Notes under the pieces: model-generated
Database searches by the model: none
Seen by the model: only the letters and a program-made list of their open reading frames with translations
Told to the model about the DNA's origin: nothing
In this document: one piece after another, positions 56,104 to 64,000 of the stretch
How positions within the stretch are numbered: position 1 is the first letter of the stretch
Layout of the letters: every line of letters starts with the position of its first letter
Assembly: GCA_963665605.1 (NCBI GenBank)
Contig: OY762409.1
Span: 3,851,061-3,915,060, forward strand
Length of the DNA: 64,000 bases
Direction of reading: 5' to 3'
DNA from: Dehalococcoidia bacterium
GTDB taxonomy: Bacteria > Chloroflexota > Dehalococcoidia > Lucifugimonadales > JADFKI01
Made by a program: the position numbers and the translations under genes

Positions 56104-57474
56104 ATGACGACTGTGGAGGCAATCATGGAAGGCCGTGCCGATAGACGGGGCGCAGGCTTTGAAGGCGCCGGAAGTAAGACAATGAAAACTGCACTGAAGA
56201 AAGAAAATAAGCCTAGGGACTACGCGGGAGAGACCACGGACACCATTCGCGAATATCTTACCGCGATTGGGCAGCACCCTCTACTCCAGAAGTCCGACGA
56301 AATTCGCCTGGGACTGGCCGTGGAGCGCCGCATGGAGCTTAAGCTGCGTCGTGAGAAATTCAGCGACGAATACGGGATTGAGCCGTCCACGGAGGAGCTC
56401 GTCTTCGACATTTACATGGCGGTCCGAGAGCGCCTGCCCACCTTGCTTACTTTCGCGGGCATCTTGAGCTTCGACATGGACGAAGATGCGACGATAAGCG
56501 ACGGGCTGGCTATTGACGAGGTAAGGGAAGCGCTGGACCTCCCCATGAACGCTGGCACGAAGGCAGCAGTTGCGCTCGCCCTCGAAGTGAAAGAAGCGGA
56601 CGCGGTCGCAGAAGTCGCTGCCATTTCGAGGCTGCGCTGGCTGCTGCCGCTCGAGGTCATAGCCGCGCTGGATGGCGGGATTGATGGCGAACTTCCTCCC
56701 GAATTCCTACACAAGACGGAGCAGTGGTGGAAAACCATCGAGAATGTAGGCAGGGACGCAGGCGAGGATCTGACTAACTCAAACTTGAGGCTCGTCGTCA
56801 GCATCGCGCGGAAGTACCAGAATCGAGGCTTGCCCATGCTTGATCTGGTCCAGGAGGGCAACCTGGGATTGATGCGCGCGGTTGAAAAGTTCGACTCGCA
56901 CCGCGGGTTCAAGTTCAGCACCTACGCTACTTGGTGGGTCAGGCAAGCGGTTACACGCGCGCTCGCGGATCAGGGCCGCACGATTCGGTTGCCGGTTCAC
57001 GTCGTCGAACGCCTGCAGCAGCTTGGATCGGCAGAGCGCGAGCTGCACCGCAGATTGGACAGGGAACCGACACCGGGTGAAGTAGCGGATGAGCTAGGCT
57101 GGACGCCTGAGAATGTTGAAGTTCTCCTTCAGCAGAGGCAGCACACGGTATCACTCGAAACGCCCGTCGGTGAGGAAGAGTCCACTCTGGAGGATTTCAT
57201 CCAGGATACGGGCGGCTGGGCTACAGACGAGATGGCAATCCGCATGGTTACGAGGCAGAATGTTGTGGAGGCTATGCAGGACCTGCCGCCTCGCCTGAGA
57301 CTTGTGCTTACGCTTCGCTTCGGATTCTTCGACGATCGTCCCAGGACATTGGAAGAGGTAGGGCGGGAGCTAGGCGTGACTCGGGAGCGCGTGAGGCAGC
57401 TTGAGCGGCAGGCACTAGACCGTCTGCGCAGCTCTGGGCGCCTGCCTAGTATGGCGGAGTACGGCGCAATCTAA
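56104..57474 (+). CDS. rpoD: Primary RNA polymerase sigma factor (sigma-70 family, group 1)
   Basis: Region 2 (NLRLVVSIARKYQNRGLPMLDLVQEGNLGLMRAVEKFD...GFKFSTYATWWVRQA), region 3, and the region 4 HTH (TLEEVGRELGVTRERVRQLE). Start placed at the ATG at 56104 (GGAAGGG RBS). Confidence 0.9.
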   Translation: MTTVEAIMEGRADRRGAGFEGAGSKTMKTALKKENKPRDYAGETTDTIREYLTAIGQHPLLQKSDEIRLGLAVERRMELKLRREKFSDEYGIEPSTEELVFDIYMAVRERLPTLLTFAGILSFDMDEDATISDGLAIDEVREALDLPMNAGTKAAVALALEVKEADAVAEVAAISRLRWLLPLEVIAALDGGIDGELPPEFLHKTEQWWKTIENVGRDAGEDLTNSNLRLVVSIARKYQNRGLPMLDLVQEGNLGLMRAVEKFDSHRGFKFSTYATWWVRQAVTRALADQGRTIRLPVHVVERLQQLGSAERELHRRLDREPTPGEVADELGWTPENVEVLLQQRQHTVSLETPVGEEESTLEDFIQDTGGWATDEMAIRMVTRQNVVEAMQDLPPRLRLVLTLRFGFFDDRPRTLEEVGRELGVTRERVRQLERQALDRLRSSGRLPSMAEYGAI

Positions 57475-57625
57475 CCAGGATTCCCGCTAGCTTACCAATG
57501 ATGCGAACGTAGTATGTAAAGGGGCAACCGTCAGGTTGCCCCTTCCTCGTTACCGTCTCTGCCGAGCTTTCCTGAGATATGAAAGGAGTGTTATGCCGCG
57601 GCGCGCTGAATCACCAATCGTCGTT

Positions 57626-58531
57626 TCAGTCAGTCTCACTGGTGTGCGGCACGACCAGCACGGGTGTGTTTCCAGTGCGTATGACGGAATCCGTAACGCT
57701 TCCGAGCACCCAGCGACCCAAGCCCGTACGCCCTTGTGTACACATCGCAATGAGGCTGTTACTTTGTTCCTGAGCGCACTTTACTATCCTGCTTGCAGGT
57801 CCACCTTCGAGAGTAGCCGACTGTACTTCCAAATTGCGTCCCTCGCTAAGCGCGCTCGACAATGCTTGCAAATACTCGTCAGACGCATCCTGTGCCTGCT
57901 GCACAAGGTCGTCAGGGTAGGGATACACTTCCGGAACGGAACCCGTGTACATCTGTGTCGGCGACGGGATGCACGTCACGATTGTGGTTTCCAGATCAAG
58001 GGTCTCTGCCAGCCCAGCAGCAAGTGGCAAAATCTCCTCTGACCGCGAAGACATATCCAGAGGAACGATAATGCTCTCAAACGCCGTGTCAGGAAGGCTC
58101 TCGTCCTCAGGAGGATGTACGACTAAAACGGGAACTTGGGCGCGCGGCAAAATAGTGGTGGTAACGCTGCCCACCATCATTCGGCGAAGGCCGGAGCGTC
58201 CATGAGTGCTCATAGCAACTAGGTCGGGCTTATGCTCTTCTACATACTTCAATATTACAGCGGCCGGAGTGCCCACCTCATGGTGGGTGCTGCAGCGGAT
58301 ATTGTCTGACTCAAGTCTCTCAAGCACGCCACGAAGATAATCTGACACGCGAGATTGTGCGTCCTCGTCCCTAACCGGTGAGCTACCACCGAACATGTCG
58401 GTATAAGGGTCGTCGTCTGCGTGAAGCAACACCACCTGGGAACCTAGTCGGCTGGCTAATGGTGCCACATACGCAAGCGCGGTTTCCGAAAGTTTCGACC
58501 CGTCGATCGGTACAACTATGTGATCGAACAA
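57626..58531 (-). CDS. Universal stress protein, tandem UspA domains
   Basis: Two repeats of the Usp pattern (I.VP.DGS..SE.AL..A..LA......V.L.H......; ...G.....I...A.E...DL..M.T.GR.GL.R...GSV). Confidence 0.85.
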   Translation of the reverse strand: MFDHIVVPIDGSKLSETALAYVAPLASRLGSQVVLLHADDDPYTDMFGGSSPVRDEDAQSRVSDYLRGVLERLESDNIRCSTHHEVGTPAAVILKYVEEHKPDLVAMSTHGRSGLRRMMVGSVTTTILPRAQVPVLVVHPPEDESLPDTAFESIIVPLDMSSRSEEILPLAAGLAETLDLETTIVTCIPSPTQMYTGSVPEVYPYPDDLVQQAQDASDEYLQALSSALSEGRNLEVQSATLEGGPASRIVKCAQEQSNSLIAMCTQGRTGLGRWVLGSVTDSVIRTGNTPVLVVPHTSETD

Positions 58532-58592
58532 TCCTAATCTCCTAGTTCAATGTCCATTCGTTGTCTGCAATTGCTATGGCGATTATGGCAAG

Positions 58593-58634
58593 AATGCCGG
58601 GACTTGTGCGGCAATCTGCTCAAGTCCCGGCATT
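58593..58634 (-). terminator. Long hairpin after the molybdoenzyme gene
   Basis: 14-bp stem AATGCCGGGACTTG/CAAGTCCCGGCATT with a 14-nt loop. The T-tract is weak. Confidence 0.5.
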
Positions 58635-58667
58635 GCTGGTCAATCCGTCAATACTGTTCAGTCGAAA

Positions 58668-60917
58668 TTAATTGCCGTTGGCGCCCTGCAACGCCATTGT
58701 GACTGAAGGGGGATTCATCGGCAGCTCGTCCATACGCACGCCAATGGCGTCGTAAATGGCGTTTGCTATCGCAGCCATTGGTGGGACAATCGATACCTCT
58801 CCCACACCGCGCACTCCGTAGGGATGCGAGGGGTTGGCGACTTCGACTATCACGGTGTCTATCATCGGCAGATCGAGCGAGGTGGGCATTCGATAGTCCA
58901 GCAAGCTGGAGTTGTCCATCTGCCCGTCTGCGTTCATGTAATACTCTTCATTCAGCGCCCAGCCGATGCCCTGTACAACGCCGCCTTGGATCTGGCCCTC
59001 AACATAGCTGGGGTGAACTGCCTTTCCAGCGTCCTGTATTGCGGTGTAGCGAAGTATCGTGACCTTGCCGGTTTCAGGATCCACCTCCACATCAACTATG
59101 TGGGTGGCAAATGCGCTGCCCGGACCCGCGGGATCGAGGTTAGCTCTACCGACAACCGGTCCACCCGTTTCGGTGAGGCGCTCCGCCATGTCCTTGAATC
59201 CAATGCTCAGCTCAGGGTCTGCCTTGTGCTGGAATGTGCCATTCTCGAAGCCTATCTGGTCAACGTCGGCCTCCCACATCAGGGCTGCCCGCTCGATCAT
59301 CTGGCGCTTGACATCCTGGGCCGCCTCGAAGCTCGCCCAGCCGGTCTTGAAGGCGGCACCACTTCCGCCCGTCATCGAGGTATAGCCGATGGTCTCGGTG
59401 TCGCCGACCTGAGGGTTCACATCCTCGACCGGAATACCGAGCACCTCGGCGAACTGCTGCGCGGCTGCGGGTCGCGTGCCGCCTATGTCCACGGAGCCGA
59501 TCGTCAGATTTACGGTGCCGTCGTAGTTGACATTCGCTGTCGCGCAAGCTGCGCCCGCGCCGTTCATCCAGAAGCCGGTCGCTACGCCTCGTCCACGGTT
59601 GGCGCCTTCAAGAGGAGTCTGGTAATGCTCGTGGTCTCTGGCCGCCTCGTTAGTCTCGACGCAGCCAATGACGGGGTTGACCACACCGTAACTTCGGCGA
59701 GTGCCTTCCTTCGCGCTGTTCATGATTCGGAAGTCGAGCGGGTCGATGTTGAGCTTGCGGCAGATCTCGTCAATCACCTGCTCCGAGGCGAATGCTGCGC
59801 CCGGTGCGCCCGGTGCGCGATAGGCCGTAGTCTTTGGCTTGTTGTTCACGATGTCGTAGCCGTCAAGCCTGAGGTTCTCGACATCGTATGGGGAGTAGAT
59901 GCAGTTCATAGCGGCGCCCACGGGGGACCCCGGATATGCGCCTGCTTCGTACTTCAGGTCCGCCTGCACTGCGGTCAGCCTACCTTCATTTGTGACGCCG
60001 ATTTTGATCCACATGGAACTGCCAGAGGTCGGACCCGACGCTTCTAGCACATCGGCACGGCTCATTGTCACCTTGACAGGGTGGCCGCTCTTGCGGGATA
60101 GCGCGGCTGCTACAGGTTCAAGATAGATGGTCGTCTTGCCGCCGAAGCCTCCGCCGATCTCCATCGGCACGACCTTAATCCTTGAATGTGGGATGCCTAA
60201 CACTGCCGAAGTGCGGTCTCTTATCTGGAAATGCCCCTGTGAGCTGCACCAAATTGTAATCCTGCCGTCCGCCTGCCACCAGGCTGTTGCCGTATGCGGC
60301 TCAATATAACCTTGGTGAACGGTCTTGGTGCGGAAGGTCTTTTCGAAGACGAGATCGGCTTCCGCGAATCCCTTTTCAATATCTCCGAGCGTCATCTCGG
60401 AGTGACTGGCAACATTGCCCTTGTAATTCGCGTGAAGTTGGGGAGCGCCTTCCGCGATAGCCTCTTCCACGGTCGTAACCGCGGGCAAGACCTCGTACTC
60501 AACATCTATGAGAGCTAGCGCTTCTTCAGCTGCGTGGGCGCTCTGCGCTGCGACTGCGGCAATTGCCTGTCCCTTATAGAGAGCCTTCTCACCGGCGAGA
60601 GTGTTATTGCTGAGGTGCTTGAGATTTGTTGGGGGACCCGCGACGATTACCCGCGCCTCGTCGGGTGCCTCAGCAAAGTCTGCAGAAGTTACCACGGCGA
60701 GCACGTCTGGGTGTGCTTCAGCTTTGCTAGTATCTACGGACAGAATGTTGGCGTGAGCATGGGGACTGCGAAGCACCTTGCCGTGAAGCATGCCGGGCAG
60801 GTTCATGTCCGCGCCGTATAAAGCCTTTCCGGTCACCTTGTCGTAGCCGTCGTGCCGAATCGGGCGCGTCCCAACCACATTATAGTCTTTCGTCGAAAGA
60901 ACGATATTGGATGTCAT
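58668..60917 (-). CDS. Xanthine dehydrogenase/aldehyde oxidase-family molybdopterin-binding large subunit
   Basis: N-terminal VG....R.DG..KVTG.A.Y..D...PGML.GK.LRS.HAHA.I. GGGFGGK motif. Start placed at the ATG at 60917 (MTSNIV...). It shows neither CODH signature recalled from memory (form I VAYRCSFR, form II AYRGAGR); the region reads AYRAPGAPG. Confidence 0.85.
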   Translation of the reverse strand: MTSNIVLSTKDYNVVGTRPIRHDGYDKVTGKALYGADMNLPGMLHGKVLRSPHAHANILSVDTSKAEAHPDVLAVVTSADFAEAPDEARVIVAGPPTNLKHLSNNTLAGEKALYKGQAIAAVAAQSAHAAEEALALIDVEYEVLPAVTTVEEAIAEGAPQLHANYKGNVASHSEMTLGDIEKGFAEADLVFEKTFRTKTVHQGYIEPHTATAWWQADGRITIWCSSQGHFQIRDRTSAVLGIPHSRIKVVPMEIGGGFGGKTTIYLEPVAAALSRKSGHPVKVTMSRADVLEASGPTSGSSMWIKIGVTNEGRLTAVQADLKYEAGAYPGSPVGAAMNCIYSPYDVENLRLDGYDIVNNKPKTTAYRAPGAPGAAFASEQVIDEICRKLNIDPLDFRIMNSAKEGTRRSYGVVNPVIGCVETNEAARDHEHYQTPLEGANRGRGVATGFWMNGAGAACATANVNYDGTVNLTIGSVDIGGTRPAAAQQFAEVLGIPVEDVNPQVGDTETIGYTSMTGGSGAAFKTGWASFEAAQDVKRQMIERAALMWEADVDQIGFENGTFQHKADPELSIGFKDMAERLTETGGPVVGRANLDPAGPGSAFATHIVDVEVDPETGKVTILRYTAIQDAGKAVHPSYVEGQIQGGVVQGIGWALNEEYYMNADGQMDNSSLLDYRMPTSLDLPMIDTVIVEVANPSHPYGVRGVGEVSIVPPMAAIANAIYDAIGVRMDELPMNPPSVTMALQGANGN

Positions 60918-61015
60918 CTGCGTCTTGACCTCCTCGAGAGGATATTTAAGGTTCTTTTTGCAGGCGCATTGTAACACATGGAATTAGGATATTGGCTAAT
61001 CGATTGTTGACACCG

Positions 61016-62240
61016 CAGGGCAAACGCATCTTAATTGGCAAGGACCATCAGTAGGTAGTCGTTGTCCCAGGCGGCATCTTTTCGCTTGCCGGCGAGGCTG
61101 CGGTTGGTGGACGTTTCGGCTTTGAGTAGGTTTAGGGCCATGCGGCGCAGTACAGAGAAGTTCTCAGCCCCGTTCCCGCTACGCACCCGGCTTCCGTCCT
61201 CATTGAACGTCACATCCAACGACCAGTGCAACTGGTTCTCTATGCTCCAGTGGCTGCGCACCGCGTTGAGCAAGGCGCTCGCATCGTTCGGCAAGCTCGA
61301 TATGTAGTAGCGCGACTCCACCGTCGTCTTGTCCCCCACGCGGCGCTTGCCTTCCACCTTCACCAGCGTATTCAGCCCCGGCCACTGACTGTACTCATCG
61401 ACGTATCTGACGTTGCCAAGGTCAGATACCGTCCAGCAGCGGCGTGTCTCGATTCGTCCGTGGCCCGCATCCACCGTCTCGTGGTAGTCGTACTCTATGT
61501 CGTCGAAGCCGGAGTTGCCGATGAGGTCGAAGACGTCTGCCACGCCCTCGTGTAGGTGCCTTTGGTTCCCCTTGACCGCCAGCACGTAATCGGCTCCCTC
61601 CTCCAATATCTTCGATGCAATCTCCCTCTGGCAGCCCATGGCGTCGATCGTCACGATGCATCCCTCGACCTCAAGCAGCTCAAGCAACCGCGGTATCGCC
61701 GTTATCTCGTTGGAGCGTCGGTCCACGCCGGTCTGCCCCAGCGTCACGCCGCTCTCACAGGCCCAGGCGCTAACCATGTGGATAGCGCCTTTTCCTGCGT
61801 ATCTATCGTGCGAGCGCCGCACAGTTTTGCCGTCTATCGCCACCACATCACCTTGCAGAACCTCACTGATTGCCAGTACCCACTCGGTGAAACAGCGCTC
61901 GAACTGCTCAGCGTCCAGCCTGGCAAACACCCTGCCGAAGGTGTCGTGCGATGGAATGCCGTTGGGCAACTCCAGCATCTTGCGCAACCATTCCTCCTTG
62001 CATCTGCCGAACGCTTCCACGTCTACCCAACTGTCCGCTCCCGCTATCGCACCACAGAGCGCAATTGTGAGGATTTCGATCAGTTCGTGGCGCTTGGTGC
62101 GGTCTATACGAGGGTCCTTGAGGCTGCTGAAATGTTCCGTAAGCGAAGCAGGATTACTACTCTCCATAAGCCACTCTCCTTATGAGATTGACCCCCTATT
62201 TTATACTCCGCCTATAATAAATTTAGATGCGATTGCCCTG
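61016..62240 (-). mobile_element. ISAs1-family insertion sequence, copy 2 (1225 bp)
   Basis: Same ends and an identical encoded transposase as copy 1, at a constant offset of 47163 bp. Flanked by its own 10-bp direct repeat GTTGACACCG (61006-61015 and 62241-62250). Confidence 0.9.
61031..62167 (-). CDS. ISAs1-family DDE transposase
   Basis: The 378-aa translation is identical to that of 13868-15004. Confidence 0.9.
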   Translation of the reverse strand: MESSNPASLTEHFSSLKDPRIDRTKRHELIEILTIALCGAIAGADSWVDVEAFGRCKEEWLRKMLELPNGIPSHDTFGRVFARLDAEQFERCFTEWVLAISEVLQGDVVAIDGKTVRRSHDRYAGKGAIHMVSAWACESGVTLGQTGVDRRSNEITAIPRLLELLEVEGCIVTIDAMGCQREIASKILEEGADYVLAVKGNQRHLHEGVADVFDLIGNSGFDDIEYDYHETVDAGHGRIETRRCWTVSDLGNVRYVDEYSQWPGLNTLVKVEGKRRVGDKTTVESRYYISSLPNDASALLNAVRSHWSIENQLHWSLDVTFNEDGSRVRSGNGAENFSVLRRMALNLLKAETSTNRSLAGKRKDAAWDNDYLLMVLAN

Positions 62241-62336
62241 GTTGACACCGCGCGAAACTGCAGGACTCGCTGATTTACGACCTGAACCCTATAGTGTAGA
62301 TAGGAATGAGCGGCACTGTCCCAGCCTATAAGTCTT

Positions 62337-62366
62337 TTGCGCCCTCATGTCGCGCTATGCTATAAT
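62337..62366 (+). promoter_or_regulatory. Putative sigma-70 promoter upstream of argJ
   Basis: TTGCGC (62337-62342), an 18-nt spacer, then TATAAT (62361-62366). Confidence 0.4.
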
Positions 62367-62434
62367 CCGTAGGCTATTTTGTCGTGCGCGCCTATGGATG
62401 GAAGGCGCGTCGTCGCATTGGAATAGGAGCGCAA

Positions 62435-63655
62435 ATGGCAGCAATGATCGAGATTATTAATGATGGCAGCGTTACTTCTGCCAAGGGCTTTCTGGCTGGT
62501 GGGACATACGCAGGGCTGAAGACGCAAGAAGACGGAGTACTGGACCTTGGTATTCTGTTGTCTGAAACACCGGCAAACCTCGCTGCAACTTTTTCAACGA
62601 ATAAGATTCTCTCTCCGTCAGTGGTTTTAAGCCGACAGAGAGCGGAAAGAGGCGTGGCGCGCGGCGTCGTAGCTAACAGCGGCTGCGCCAATTGCTGCGT
62701 GGGTGATCAGGGACTTACCGATGCCGCCGAGCTTACGGAGCTTGCTGCTTCCCACACTGGCGTAAGCGCCGAGGACATGCTCGTGTGCAGCACTGGCATG
62801 ATTGGCGTCGAGCTTCCTATGGCGCTGCTCCGGCAACATGTCGGCAATATCAGCCTATCTGGTGGCGGCGGGCATGACTTTGCCCGTTCCATTATGACCA
62901 CGGACACCCGCCACAAGGAGGTTGCCGTTTCGGTTGACCTGGGCGGGCGCAATGTTGTACTGGGCGGGGCGGCAAAAGGCGTGGGCATGATTCATCCCAA
63001 CATGGCGACGATGCTCGCATTCGTTGCGACCGACGCGCCGGTAGAGCAATCATTCCTGCAGGCCGCGCTCCGCAGGGCAGTTGACACATCCTTCAACATG
63101 TGCAGCGTTGACGGCGACCAGAGTACGAATGACACCGTTCTGGTCTTCGCTAACGGTCAGGCAGGTGGAGCGGAAGTCGTCGCAGGCAGTGCGGAGGCAG
63201 AAGCCTTTGAGGAGGCTCTGACATTCGTCTGCACTTCTCTGGCGAAGGATATGGTGCGAGACGGCGAGGGCGCAATGAAGCTCATTGAAGTGACGGTTGA
63301 CGAAGCGGGGTCGCTTGCGGACGCGCGCAAGGCGGCTCGTGAGATCTCCACATCTTCGCTGGTCAAGGCTATGGTTCATGGGAACGACCCTAACTGGGGA
63401 CGTCTGATGATGGCGCTGGGCAAGAGCGGCGCAGACATGGACGAGTCCAAGATTCAGATATACATAAACGACATCCAGATTGTCGATGAAGGCAAGTCCA
63501 TTCCGTTCCACCTCGACTCGGTCGTGAGCGCGATGGCAAGCTCGCCTGATGTGCGCTTCGGTATCAGCCTCAATATGGGCGATGCAACCGCAACCGCCTG
63601 GGGCTGCGATCTGACCGAAGAGTATGTGACTTTCAATTCGGCGTACAGCACCTAA
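62435..63655 (+). CDS. argJ: Bifunctional glutamate N-acetyltransferase / amino-acid acetyltransferase
   Basis: GF.A.G..AG.K, TTDT..K, autoproteolysis site region PNMATMLAFVATDA, ...GNDPNWGR. ATG at 62435 with a GGAG RBS. Confidence 0.9.
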   Translation: MAAMIEIINDGSVTSAKGFLAGGTYAGLKTQEDGVLDLGILLSETPANLAATFSTNKILSPSVVLSRQRAERGVARGVVANSGCANCCVGDQGLTDAAELTELAASHTGVSAEDMLVCSTGMIGVELPMALLRQHVGNISLSGGGGHDFARSIMTTDTRHKEVAVSVDLGGRNVVLGGAAKGVGMIHPNMATMLAFVATDAPVEQSFLQAALRRAVDTSFNMCSVDGDQSTNDTVLVFANGQAGGAEVVAGSAEAEAFEEALTFVCTSLAKDMVRDGEGAMKLIEVTVDEAGSLADARKAAREISTSSLVKAMVHGNDPNWGRLMMALGKSGADMDESKIQIYINDIQIVDEGKSIPFHLDSVVSAMASSPDVRFGISLNMGDATATAWGCDLTEEYVTFNSAYST

Positions 63656-63687
63656 AGAGCATGTCACTATCGAACGGCTTAGCAGGT

Positions 63688-64000
63688 ATGAATGAGCCTC
63701 AACCCGACCCAGAACAGCACACATTCAATTCTGGTGAACTGGCTGGCTCTGGCAGAACATCCAAGGTACAGGCGCAGAAGGAGACCGATCCAAGTGGGAC
63801 GATCGTAGTCAAGATAGGCGGCAGCACGCTGGGCAGCCACGATACGACCTTGCACGACCTGATAGAGCTTCAGCGTCAGGGTGTTAACTCCGTAGTTGTG
63901 CATGGCGGCGGCAAGATAATTAGTGACTGGATGGCAAAGCAGGGAGTGATGCCGCGCTTCGTCAGAGGGTTGCGTGTCACTGATGGTCCCAGTATTGATA
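63688..64000 (+). CDS. argB: Acetylglutamate kinase, 3'-partial (runs off the right edge; not in the ORF track)
   Basis: My translation is MNEPQPDPEQHTFNSGELAGSGRTSKVQAQKETDPSGTIVVKIGGSTLGSHDTTLHDLIELQRQGVNSVVVHGGGKIISDWMAKQGVMPRFVRGLRVTDGPSID..., carrying the VKIGG...VVVHGGG...G...F..GLRVTD signature. An in-frame ATG at 63661 is an alternative start. Confidence 0.8.
   Translation, partial: MNEPQPDPEQHTFNSGELAGSGRTSKVQAQKETDPSGTIVVKIGGSTLGSHDTTLHDLIELQRQGVNSVVVHGGGKIISDWMAKQGVMPRFVRGLRVTDGPSID

Overview
This 64-kb window is from a bacterial chromosome and is mostly core or housekeeping genes. These sit alongside a paralog-rich set of catabolic genes.

Contents, left to right:
- A 5'-partial plant-type LRR protein.
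- A type-E succinate dehydrogenase/fumarate reductase (sdhA, sdhB and a CCG-domain subunit).
- A membrane-fused molybdoenzyme.
- mdh, icd and a biotin-dependent carboxyltransferase set (12S-like, small subunit, 5S+BCCP-like).
- ISAs1-family IS copy 1.
- folP-folK, a 59-aa Trm112-like ORF missed by the ORF track, a TlpA-like thioredoxin, and glyQS-sbcD.
- tRNA-Leu(GAG) and tRNA-Cys(GCA).
- An RraA-like aldolase, tpx and a phosphoesterase.
- A thiolase, a DUF35 protein and a long transketolase-superfamily protein.
- tmRNA, rluD-lspA, a MATE transporter and an RHH protein.
- An acyl-CoA synthetase, three luciferase-like monooxygenases, an alpha/beta hydrolase, pepN, a crotonase and a nitroreductase.
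- gmk, a TyrA-like protein, an M50 protease and a HesB/IscA-like protein with a Gly/Cys tail.
- Two family-III CoA-transferases.
- A 23S rRNA gene with neither 16S nor 5S adjacent, followed by initiator tRNA-fMet.
- An ABC importer (binding protein plus two permeases, no ATPase).
- rpoD, a tandem Usp, an orphan xanthine-dehydrogenase-family large subunit, IS copy 2, argJ and a 3'-partial argB.

The gene content (many LLM/FMNO paralogs, CaiB-type CoA-transferases, an unlinked rRNA gene) fits a Chloroflexota/SAR202-like organism. That assignment is inference only.

I found no CRISPR array, prophage, toxin-antitoxin pair, recognisable defence island or clearly novel multi-gene system. The most unusual items are:
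- the two identical IS copies, each with its own 10-bp target duplication;
- the 23S organisation and its leader;
- several proteins with altered catalytic or ligand motifs (alpha/beta hydrolase Ser->Phe, HesB Cys->His plus Gly/Cys tail, TyrA-like His->Arg, transketolase-like GDG->IEG);
- the modular PPC+LRR protein.
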